A stretch of DNA of 32,000 nucleotides, from NCBI RefSeq assembly GCF_000195755.1, contig NC_002937.3, positions 390,001 through 422,000 on the forward strand, in the 5' to 3' direction. Source of the DNA: Nitratidesulfovibrio vulgaris str. Hildenborough (lineage in GTDB: Bacteria; Desulfobacterota; Desulfovibrionia; Desulfovibrionales; Desulfovibrionaceae). Position numbers and translations under genes: made by a program. Position 1 is the stretch's first letter, and every line of letters begins with the position of its first letter. Below the pieces are notes generated by a model. The model did no database searches and was not told the origin of the DNA. It saw only the letters and a list, made by a program, of their open reading frames with translations. Below, one piece after another: positions 9,515 through 17,341 of this stretch.

Positions 9515-10696
9515 CTATCCCTTGCGGAGGGTTTCGAGCACGTCGATGGTCGAGGCGAGCATGTGGTCGAACTCGCCTTCTGTCAGCCAGTGCTGGAACG
9601 GGAAGGAGACCATGTTGTCGAAGAAGAGGTCGGCGTTGGGGCAGTCCGCCGTGCCGAAGCCCAGTTTCTTGTAGAACGGGTAACGGTCGAGCGGGTAGTA
9701 CTGCACCACGCACTTCACGCCCTTCTCGTCATGCATGGCGCGGATGAAGTCGTCGCGCCTGCCGTTGGTCATGCGGGCGGCCAGCAGGTGGTAGTTGTGG
9801 CGGGTGGTGTCCACCCGGTGGAATTCGAGTTCGGGGTAGTCCGCCAGCGCGTCGATGAAGCGTATGGCGCGTTCGCGCTTCTCGGCGTTGATGCGGGAGA
9901 CGCGTTCAAGCTGTTTGATGCCAAGCGCGCACTCTATCTCGCCGATGCAGTAGTTGTTGGGCCACAGGAACTCGCCATCGATTTCGGGCATGTCCACGTT
10001 GCCCATGGCGGGCTTCCAGTAGTCGGGGCGCTCGAAGTCGAAGCCGCAATGCCCGTTGTGGCGCAGGGCGGGCACCAGCTTCGCCAGTGCGGGGTCCTTC
10101 ACCACGAGCATGCCCCCCTCGCCGAGGGTGGTCATGTTCTTGTGCGAATGGAACGAATAGATGGCGAAGTCGCCGAAGGCACCGGACATGACGCCGTCGA
10201 TGTCCGCGCCGATGGACTGCGCGGTGTCTTCGACGACCAGCAGGTTGTGCCTGCGCGCGAGGTCCATGATGGCGGGCATGTCGGCCACGTAGCCGTACAG
10301 GTGCACCACGACGATGGCCCTGGTGCGCGGCGTGAGCACCTTCTCGATGCTCTCGGCGGTGACGACGCGGGTGGCGAGGTCGATGTCGGCCCACACCAGT
10401 TTCGCCCCCTTCTTGGCGAAGGGATAGGCCGAAGCGGTGAAGGTGTGTGACGGGATGATGACCTCGTCACCGGGGCGGAAGCGGCAAAGCTGGGCCGAAA
10501 GCTCCAGTGCCGAGACGCCGTTCATGACTGCGAAGCTGTGCTCCACACCGATGAACCGGGAGAACCTCTGCTGGAATTCCTGCATGTAGCGGCCCTGCGT
10601 GAGCGTCTCCGCATTGCGCATGGCGTCCACCACGGTGGCGATTTCCTCTTCGGTGTACCTGAGGGCGCGACCGCTGAAATTGACCTTGAGTTCCAT
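9515..10696 (-). CDS. DegT/DnrJ/EryC1/StrS-family PLP-dependent sugar aminotransferase
   Basis: 393 aa. Motifs: FAVMNGVSALELS, DEVIIPSHTFTASA, LLVVEDTAQSIGA, and the catalytic-lysine segment AIYSFHSHKNMTTLGEGGMLV. An AGGAG RBS lies upstream of the ATG. Confidence 0.9.
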   Translation of the reverse strand: MELKVNFSGRALRYTEEEIATVVDAMRNAETLTQGRYMQEFQQRFSRFIGVEHSFAVMNGVSALELSAQLCRFRPGDEVIIPSHTFTASAYPFAKKGAKLVWADIDLATRVVTAESIEKVLTPRTRAIVVVHLYGYVADMPAIMDLARRHNLLVVEDTAQSIGADIDGVMSGAFGDFAIYSFHSHKNMTTLGEGGMLVVKDPALAKLVPALRHNGHCGFDFERPDYWKPAMGNVDMPEIDGEFLWPNNYCIGEIECALGIKQLERVSRINAEKRERAIRFIDALADYPELEFHRVDTTRHNYHLLAARMTNGRRDDFIRAMHDEKGVKCVVQYYPLDRYPFYKKLGFGTADCPNADLFFDNMVSFPFQHWLTEGEFDHMLASTIDVLETLRKG

Positions 10697-10829
10697 CCGT
10701 CAGACTCCTGATGTGTCCTGCCGGGAGGGTTGCTGCGTGGGCCGACCGGGTGTTCCGCCTGTCCCGGTGGCGGTATGGCATGGTCGCGGGAGGGTGTCCC
10801 CCCGCGACCCGGTATGCGTGGACGCGCCG

Positions 10830-11903
10830 CTACATGGCCTTGAACAGGGAGATGACCTTCTCGCGGGTGAGGATGTCGCGGAAGCCGGGGCCGAGGGCGT
10901 TGGTCAGCGGCTTCTCGTGCACCACCGACGAGGCGACGAGGGACTCGTACTGCGCGTCGGTGAGGTTCGCGCACAGCCCCTTGGGCAGTGTGACGCCCTG
11001 ACGTTCCATCATGGCCACGAAGTGCTTGTGGTCTTCGGGGTAGAACTCTTCGAGCACGCTCATGGCATGGCAGTTGGCGATGCCGTGGTGGGCGTGCAGC
11101 ACCACCGAAAGACCGGCGGAGATGGGATGGATGACGCCCACGTTGCCTGCGCTCATGCCGCCGAGGTACGAGGCTATCATCATCTTCTCGAGATTCTCGT
11201 CGCTCATCATGTCGTCGGAGAGGAAGATGTCGAGGCACATGCCCACGGCCTTCTCCGCCAGCGCGTCGATGATGACGTTGCGGTAGCTGCCCCGCAGCGA
11301 CTCGATGCAGTGCATGTAGGTGTCCATGCCCGTGTAGAAGTACTGGTCGCGGGGTACGGTGCGGGTGAGTTCAGGGTCGAGCAGCAACTGGTCGTACATG
11401 GTGAAGTCGCTGTTCATGCCCAGCTTGATGCCGCGCTGCACGTTGGTGAGCACGCAGGTGCGCGAGCATTCGGCCCCGGTACCCGAAAGGGTGGGTACGC
11501 CTATCTTGTAGACGGCGGGGAACTTCACGAGGTCCCAGCCCTGATAGTCTTCGGCCTTGCCGGGGTTGGTGAGCATGTTGGCCACGGCCTTGGCGGTGTC
11601 CAGCACGGCACCGCCGCCGATGCCCACCACGCAGCAGGGCTGGCGGTCGTCGTCGGCGCGTATCGCGGCGGTGAAGGCGTCGATGTCGGTGGTCTTGGGT
11701 TCTTCGGTGGTGTCGACGAAGTGCAGCTGGTCGCCCTGCTGCATGGGCAGACGGTCTATGAGGTCGTGCCCGCGGAAGAAGTGGTCGACGAAGAAGACGA
11801 CGGGGCCCTTTTCGGCACGGCGTTCCGCCAGCAGGTCGCCCAACTGGGCGAACGAGCCTTTGCCGAAGACATAGTAGGGAACGTTCTTTGTATTGCGGTA
11901 CAT
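10830..11903 (-). CDS. Iron-containing (group III) alcohol dehydrogenase-family oxidoreductase; first gene of the operon
   Basis: 357 aa. NAD-binding motif VVGIGGGAVLDTAKAV. Metal-ligand His clusters GMDTYMHCIESL and VIHPISAGLSVVLHAHHGIAN. An AGGAG RBS lies 8 nt upstream of the ATG. Confidence 0.9.
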   Translation of the reverse strand: MYRNTKNVPYYVFGKGSFAQLGDLLAERRAEKGPVVFFVDHFFRGHDLIDRLPMQQGDQLHFVDTTEEPKTTDIDAFTAAIRADDDRQPCCVVGIGGGAVLDTAKAVANMLTNPGKAEDYQGWDLVKFPAVYKIGVPTLSGTGAECSRTCVLTNVQRGIKLGMNSDFTMYDQLLLDPELTRTVPRDQYFYTGMDTYMHCIESLRGSYRNVIIDALAEKAVGMCLDIFLSDDMMSDENLEKMMIASYLGGMSAGNVGVIHPISAGLSVVLHAHHGIANCHAMSVLEEFYPEDHKHFVAMMERQGVTLPKGLCANLTDAQYESLVASSVVHEKPLTNALGPGFRDILTREKVISLFKAM

Positions 11904-12376
11904 GCTGCAAACTCCTGATGGTTGCGAGGGGGTGGGCCGCAGTGGTGCATTCTAGGGACAATCATCGATGCGGGCAAGCGCACCCTGCGTCGTTCACTGG
12001 ATGTTGTCGTGACGTCGCGTGCGGCGTCGTGCCTGCCGGGTGGCAGGTACGCATTCCGGTTGTCTCGGTGATGTGCTGTGGGATGGGGGCATGGCCTTCG
12101 CCCCTCCGGGGTGGCGTCGTGGCCCGATGTCTCTCCGGGTCGTCCAGACCGCCGGAGAGATGGAGAAGATGTCTGGACGGCGCACAGATAGGGAGAAGCG
12201 GTGATGAAGTCAATGCCCCCTGCGGGGCCGCGTCGGACGTGGCTTGCAGGTCGTCGGTCATGGAGTCGGTCAGGGATGCGGAGAAGGGCTGTCTTGTGGA
12301 TGGACGGGGTGATCGTCCGGCGTATGGGGGGCAAGACAACGGTGCGTGTGCGTGCTATGGAAAAATCGTCTTGGCC

Positions 12377-12448
12377 GACATCTTGCGCGATGTCCTGCCC
12401 GACATCCTGCCCGATGTCCCGTCCGGTGTTTTGCCGGATACGTGCCCG
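12377..12448. repeat. About six imperfect 12-bp tandem repeats (GAYRTCCTGCCC-like) in the intergenic region upstream of the lipoprotein gene
   Basis: Consecutive 12-mers read directly: gacatcttgcgc, gatgtcctgccc, gacatcctgccc, gatgtcccgtcc, ggtgttttgccg, gatacgtgcccg. Confidence 0.6.
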
Positions 12449-12498
12449 ATGCCCTGCGGCATCCGGTCATACCGTACCATACAACCATGGAGCGACAC

Positions 12499-13404
12499 AT
12501 GTTCCTACGCCTGTTCGCCTGTGCCGCGACTTCGCTCTTCTGCCTCGTGTCCACAACGGCCCAGTGCGGCCCGGTTCCAGCCTCGGTCGTGGAAAAACCC
12601 GCGCTTGCGTCCCCCATGCACATGCTGGCCGTGGACGGTACCGTCTCATACCGTGAGCGTATCGCCCTGCCGCCCGGCTACACCCTTGTGGTGCGCCTGC
12701 TCGATGTCAGCCGGCAGGACGCCCCGGCCACGGAGGTCGCCCGCGTCGAGCTTTCCCCCGACAGGCAGGTTCCCGTGCCCTTCCGGCTTGAAGTCGAGGA
12801 GGCCCGCATCGACGAACGCATGACCTATGCGGTGGAGGCCACCATCTTCGTGGACGGACAGCGCCGTTTCATCACCGACACGCTGTATACCGTCCTCACG
12901 CGGGGCAAGGGGCATCGGGTGCACCTCGTTCTCGTGGGTGCCGGTGTGAACAGGGTCCCTGCCGCGACGCCGAAGTCCTTCGTGTTGCCCGATGGCGGGG
13001 CGTCTCCCGTCACAGGTGCGGCCACACCCCCGCAGAAGCCGGAACACGGGGGCGATGGCGCACAACCCGTGCCCGTCGTGAATGACGGGGCTTCGCCGTC
13101 GGCCCCGGTGGATGCCGGGGGCGTCAAGCCCGGCCAGCCCGGCCAGCCCGGCCAGCCCGCCGTCTCGCCCGCCACCCCGCCGTCCCCCGAAAAGCAGGGG
13201 GAAGGGAAGGACGGTACAGCCGTGAAGGACTCCGAAGCGAAACAGGGCGGGGGGGCTTCACCGGTTCCGGCTACGCCCACAGGCGAGCCCGCCGCTCCCG
13301 AAGGCACATCCGGGGCCGTCCCGCCTCCTGTTCCCGCGTCGTCCGGCACTCCCGGTACGCCCCCCGGTACGCCCCCCGGTACGCCCGGCACTCCCGCCCC
13401 CTAG
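12499..13404 (+). CDS. YbaY-like (YscW-domain) lipoprotein with a long Pro/Gly/Thr-rich C-terminal tail
   Basis: The start is chosen at the ATG at 12499, preceded by GGAG 6 nt upstream; an alternative ATG lies at 12487. Signal peptide MFLRLFACAATSLFCLVSTTAQC has a possible lipobox Cys. The core GTVSYRERIALPPGYTLVVRLLDVSRQDAPATEVAR...MTYAVEATIFVDGQRRFITDTLYTV aligns by eye with E. coli YbaY (GTVWIRQKVALPPDAVLTVTLSDASLADAP...LLSAAITVNDKLVFITDTV). Confidence 0.8.
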   Translation: MFLRLFACAATSLFCLVSTTAQCGPVPASVVEKPALASPMHMLAVDGTVSYRERIALPPGYTLVVRLLDVSRQDAPATEVARVELSPDRQVPVPFRLEVEEARIDERMTYAVEATIFVDGQRRFITDTLYTVLTRGKGHRVHLVLVGAGVNRVPAATPKSFVLPDGGASPVTGAATPPQKPEHGGDGAQPVPVVNDGASPSAPVDAGGVKPGQPGQPGQPAVSPATPPSPEKQGEGKDGTAVKDSEAKQGGGASPVPATPTGEPAAPEGTSGAVPPPVPASSGTPGTPPGTPPGTPGTPAP

Positions 13405-13527
13405 GCCGCCCGGGCAAGACCCCGCGCATGTCCCACTGTGGGGGTCTCGTGTCTCCGGCATCGGCTCGCTGCGGCACAGCGGGCCGGGTGTCTCGCCTTT
13501 GGCGTGACCTTTACGCTGGGTGTGTCC

Positions 13528-15351
13528 CTAGTCTCCCGCCCTGGACGGCCCTGCGAAGGCCATGCGATTCTTGCCCTCCGCCTTGGCCCTGTACATGGCT
13601 TCATCAGCCAGTCGTAACAGGGACGGGGCGTCGTCGGCGTGTTGGGGGTAGAGGCTTGCCCCGATGCTCGCCGAGACGGAACAGGGGATGTCGGTACAGG
13701 TGAACGCCGGGGCCATGATGGAGAGGATGCCCGCACCGATGCGTTCCACCGCTTCCTTGCCTGCGACATCCCAGAGGAGGACGGCGAATTCGTCTCCGCC
13801 AAGCCGTATGGCGATGTCCGTATGCCGTAGTCTGCGGCGCAGACGCCCGGCGACCTGCTGGAGAAGGGTGTCGCCCACGGCATGACCGTAGGTGTCGTTC
13901 ACGGCCTTGAACCCGTCGAGGTCGATGAAGAGCAGCCCCAGTGTCCTTCCGTCTTCAGCCGCCCGTGTGAGCATACGGGGGAGCATGTCCTCCATGTGCG
14001 CGCGGTTGAAGAGTCCGGTGAGCGGGTCGGTCACGATGCGGCGGGTGAGGTCCATCTCCGCCAGTTTGTGGGCAGTGATGTCGTGGGCCATGCCTTCCAC
14101 GGCGGGTGGGGGACCGTCCTCCTCCGGCACGGAGTCGACGGGCCACAGGGCCAGTGAAAGCCACACCGTCTGTCCGTCGTCCCTGCGCACCCGGACCTCG
14201 AAGGGGGCGGGCGGGGCACCCGTGCCGAGCCTGTGCAGGGCTGCATCCCATGCCTCGCGCCCTTCGGCGAACATGTCCGGCAGGTTGAGGATGTTCTGTG
14301 CCCTGTTCGCATCGGACGACTCGTCATCGTCCGGCGCAACGCATGTGAGTTCGCCCCTCTCGCCGGAAGACGGCGCAACCTTCAACCCCAAAAGCTTGCA
14401 CATGGCGGGGTTCGATTCCGTGATGTACCCTTCGGGGGTGACGGAAAAGAAGCCGTCCGAGGCGTTGTGCACCAGTGCCCGGATGCGCGCCTCGACCCGG
14501 CGCAATGCGTCCTCTGCCTGTTTGCGACCGGTGATGTCGGTGATGATGCCGACAAGACCCCGTGCCGTGCCCTCGTCATCCACGACAGTTGCCTTGTCGA
14601 AGAGCACATGGCGCAAGCCGTGAGGTGTTGTGAACGCTGACTCATAGCGCTGGCTTGCTGGGCCCTTGGCGTCAAGGAGCGCCTGGTCCATGCTGTGGTA
14701 GACGGCAGCGAGGTCGGGAGGTGCGATGTCGTCGGCGTTCTTGCCTTGCAGGTTCTCCGGGGTAAGGCCGAGCATGTCGCTGAAGGCATGGTTGAACAGC
14801 GTGTAGGCTCCGTTCATGTCCTTGAAGAAGAGCGGGCAGGGAAGGGCATCCACCACGTTTTGCAGGAAACGGTGGGCGTCGCGGAGTCCCTCCTTGCGGT
14901 GATCCAGTTCCGTGACATCCATGACCCACCCCTCGATGGTCTTCATGGCGTTGTCGATTCGCAGGTGCAGGATGCATGCACGTTGTGCATGTCCCGGACG
15001 CTGCAGATGGATGACGTCGGTCGTCATCTCGCCAGCTTGCTGCAGGCGTTGAAGGATGTCGTCGCGGGCAGTCGGCGAGGCATAGAGGTCGCGCGGGGTC
15101 TGTCCCTCGATCATGGCGCCTGCGTCAGGCCAACCGAAGAGGTGTGCGAGACTCGTGTTGGCGTAGAGCAGGTGCTCGCCGTCCAGCGTGCTCCGGAACA
15201 CACCCACGGGCAGGTCGTCGAAGAGGACGGGTGGCGTGTCCGGCTGCGTGTCCGGCGATGCAGGTCTCGGGCGGGCGCGCCGCCGCCCCAGCCGTACGCC
15301 TACGACGACTGCGACCAGGGCAATGATGGCGGTGAGTAGGCTTTCGGGCAT
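13528..15351 (-). CDS. Membrane-anchored multi-PAS diguanylate cyclase (GGDEF with I-site)
   Basis: The start is taken at MPESLLTAIIALVAVVVGVRL (ATG at 15351), because the longer ORF would overlap tag. It has three PAS-like blocks. The GGDEF domain shows LTGLFNR, I-site RHTD five residues before RLGGDEFAVLL, SIGASLYP and ADEAMYRAK. Confidence 0.9.
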   Translation of the reverse strand: MPESLLTAIIALVAVVVGVRLGRRRARPRPASPDTQPDTPPVLFDDLPVGVFRSTLDGEHLLYANTSLAHLFGWPDAGAMIEGQTPRDLYASPTARDDILQRLQQAGEMTTDVIHLQRPGHAQRACILHLRIDNAMKTIEGWVMDVTELDHRKEGLRDAHRFLQNVVDALPCPLFFKDMNGAYTLFNHAFSDMLGLTPENLQGKNADDIAPPDLAAVYHSMDQALLDAKGPASQRYESAFTTPHGLRHVLFDKATVVDDEGTARGLVGIITDITGRKQAEDALRRVEARIRALVHNASDGFFSVTPEGYITESNPAMCKLLGLKVAPSSGERGELTCVAPDDDESSDANRAQNILNLPDMFAEGREAWDAALHRLGTGAPPAPFEVRVRRDDGQTVWLSLALWPVDSVPEEDGPPPAVEGMAHDITAHKLAEMDLTRRIVTDPLTGLFNRAHMEDMLPRMLTRAAEDGRTLGLLFIDLDGFKAVNDTYGHAVGDTLLQQVAGRLRRRLRHTDIAIRLGGDEFAVLLWDVAGKEAVERIGAGILSIMAPAFTCTDIPCSVSASIGASLYPQHADDAPSLLRLADEAMYRAKAEGKNRMAFAGPSRAGD

Positions 15352-15471
15352 CGTTCGTGTCCGTGTGCTGCTCGGCACGGCTTGCGCGGTGCCTCGTGGG
15401 TGATATAGCGTCCAGTATACCCTGTCGTTCCGGCGGCGGCTAGGGGCGTATGCGATAACTGCGGAGGGGCC

Positions 15472-16047
15472 ATGACCGAACCGTTCCGGTGTCCGTGGGC
15501 ACGAAGCCCTGAAGAAGTACTTTACCACGATACGGAGTGGGGCGTGCCCAGTCGTGACGACAGGGTCCACTTCGAGTTTCTCATCCTTGAGGCGGCGCAG
15601 GCCGGATTGAGCTGGCTGACGGTGCTTCGCAAGCGTGAGGGGTATCGCCGTGCCTTCGCCGCGTTCGACCCCGAAGCCGTGGCCCGCTTCGGCCCTGCCG
15701 ACGTGGCACGGCTCATGGCCGACGCGGGCATCGTCCGCAATCGCCTCAAGATAGAATCGGCCATCCATAACGCAGGGCCTTTCCTGCGTCTTGCCGAGCG
15801 ACACGGTTCCTTTGCGGCGTGGTTATGGGACTTCGTGGATGGGCGACCTGTCGACGGTCGGCGGGAGAGTCTCGCCGACGTCCCCGCCACGACGCCACTC
15901 GGCGAGAAGGTGAGCAGGGCACTCAAGGCCGAGGGGTTCCGCTTCGTGGGGCCCACGGTGGTCTACGCCCATTTGCAGGCCACGGGGCTCGTCAACGACC
16001 ATCTCGTGACCTGCTTCCGCCATGAGGCGGTGGCAGGGCTTGCGTGA
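15472..16047 (+). CDS. tag: DNA-3-methyladenine glycosylase I
   Basis: 191 aa. Motifs: RCPWARSPEEVLYHDTEWGVPSRDDRVHFEFLILEAAQAGLSWLTVLRKREGYRRAFAAFD and VVYAHLQATGLVNDH. A GGAGGGG RBS is present. Confidence 0.95.
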   Translation: MTEPFRCPWARSPEEVLYHDTEWGVPSRDDRVHFEFLILEAAQAGLSWLTVLRKREGYRRAFAAFDPEAVARFGPADVARLMADAGIVRNRLKIESAIHNAGPFLRLAERHGSFAAWLWDFVDGRPVDGRRESLADVPATTPLGEKVSRALKAEGFRFVGPTVVYAHLQATGLVNDHLVTCFRHEAVAGLA

Positions 16048-16100
16048 GGGCGCAACAGGTGTTCAACCCCGTCGGCAGGCGGGTGCACAATGAGGCTGGC

Positions 16101-16976
16101 ATGACAGACCCCCGGTACATGGCTCTATTGCTCGACATCGCCGCCCGCAAGGAACGCGGGGCCCTTCTCGAAGTGGACGACCCGTACCCTTGGCAGCCCC
16201 GCCCTCGCTGGGGGCATGGCAATGCCCCTCATGCCGCATTGCGCGACCTGTTCGATGCGCGGCGCAGCGAGTACATCCCCCTGCTTGATGCCATGGTAGC
16301 CCATGCCGGACGGTTCGCCGCCATACGGAGAGACTTCGATGCCTCCGCACCGCATGAACCGCACTGGGACAACGGCTGGCTACCCTCACTGGACGGCATG
16401 TCCATCTACACGCTGCTGGCACAGATGCGTCCGTCACGCTTCGTAGAGGTGGGGTCGGGCAATTCGACACGGTTCGCCGCACGCGCCATACGCGATTGCG
16501 GGCTTGCCACGCGCATCGTCTCCATCGACCCTGCCCCGCGTGCCGAGGTTGACAGGCTGTGCCATGAGGTGGTGCGTGCCCCGCTGGAGAACGTGGATAT
16601 GGCGTTCTTCGACACCGTGACGGCGGACGACCTCGTCTTCGTCGACTGCAGCCACAGGGCGCAGCAGAACTCCGACGTGACGGTCTTCTTCCTTGAGATG
16701 CTGCCCCGGTTGCCCGTCGGGTGCGTTGTGGGCATCCACGACATCTGCCTGCCGCTGGACTACCCGCCGGGGTGGGAGGGGCGCTACTACAATGAACAGT
16801 ACATGCTGGCGACGCTGCTTCTCTTCGGGGCGGAACGCTTCAGCCTGCTGCTGCCGGGGTACCATGTCTCCACGACGCCCGACCTCGCCGCACGGCTTGC
16901 CCCCCTTGCCGCCCTTCCGGGGCTTGCAGGGCTGCCCTGCGCCGGGAGCGTGTTCTGGATGCGGAAAAGGGCGTGA
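16101..16976 (+). CDS. Class I SAM-dependent methyltransferase (Methyltransf_24-like)
   Basis: Motif I is FVEVGSGNSTRFAARAI; downstream are LVFVDCSHRAQQNSDV and VVGIHDI. The ATG at 16101 has a GAGG 5 nt upstream. The ORF is also open from a GTG at 16044, which overlaps the tag stop as GTGA. Confidence 0.6.
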   Translation: MTDPRYMALLLDIAARKERGALLEVDDPYPWQPRPRWGHGNAPHAALRDLFDARRSEYIPLLDAMVAHAGRFAAIRRDFDASAPHEPHWDNGWLPSLDGMSIYTLLAQMRPSRFVEVGSGNSTRFAARAIRDCGLATRIVSIDPAPRAEVDRLCHEVVRAPLENVDMAFFDTVTADDLVFVDCSHRAQQNSDVTVFFLEMLPRLPVGCVVGIHDICLPLDYPPGWEGRYYNEQYMLATLLLFGAERFSLLLPGYHVSTTPDLAARLAPLAALPGLAGLPCAGSVFWMRKRA

Positions 16977-17019
16977 TGCCCTGCCCGATGTCCGCCCGCG
17001 CTGCACGCCAATGCGAAAA

Positions 17020-17041
17020 GGCCACGGATTTCTCCGTGGCC
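17020..17041. terminator. Bidirectional intrinsic terminator shared by the methyltransferase gene (+) and tRNA-Thr (-)
   Basis: 9-bp stem GGCCACGGA / TCCGTGGCC with loop TTTC. It is flanked by AAAA on the 5' side and TTTCTATTC on the 3' side, so each strand reads hairpin followed by a U-rich tract. Confidence 0.7.
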
Positions 17042-17051
17042 TTTCTATTCA

Positions 17052-17127
17052 TGGAGCCCATGAGCAGAATTGAACTGCTGACCTCATCCTTACCAAGGAT
17101 GTGCTCTACCGACTGAGCCACATGGGC
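17052..17127 (-). tRNA. tRNA-Thr (anticodon GGU)
   Basis: The reverse complement reads GCCCATG TG GCTC AGTCGGTA GAGC A CATCC TTGGTAA GGATG AGGTC AGCAG TTCAATT CTGCT CATGGGC T CCA. This is a perfect 76-nt cloverleaf with encoded CCA. Confidence 0.95.
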
Positions 17128-17341
17128 GTCGTGCGACGGGATTCCGTCGGGCGGAGGATGAGCTAGCTTTTTTTGTCGTGACCGTCAACCCCTTGGCCGT
17201 CCATACCATTCACTGAAACGGGGATGGAGCGTGCAACGGAGTGGTTTCTGTCATATGGCATATGAATTGCTATCGTTTTGCCGGTGGCGACACCCCGTCG
17301 TCCCTTGTCTGACAGCCAGCGCCACTCTGCCGGGAGATGCC

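Noticed and set aside
13417-13447. Hairpin AGACCCC/GGGGTCT between the convergent lipoprotein and GGDEF genes, as a terminator.
   Set aside because: It has only a 7-bp stem with a 17-nt loop and no U-tract on either strand, which is too weak to call.
13528-15804. Upstream-extended versions of real genes in the ORF track: 13528..15804, 24331..25548, 23780..24553, 12346..13404, 19301..21082, 17231..18085, 26195..26929.
   Set aside because: The extensions overlap neighbouring genes or lack protein-like sequence. Internal ATGs with good Shine-Dalgarno sequences coincide with the start of the recognisable domains or signal peptides.
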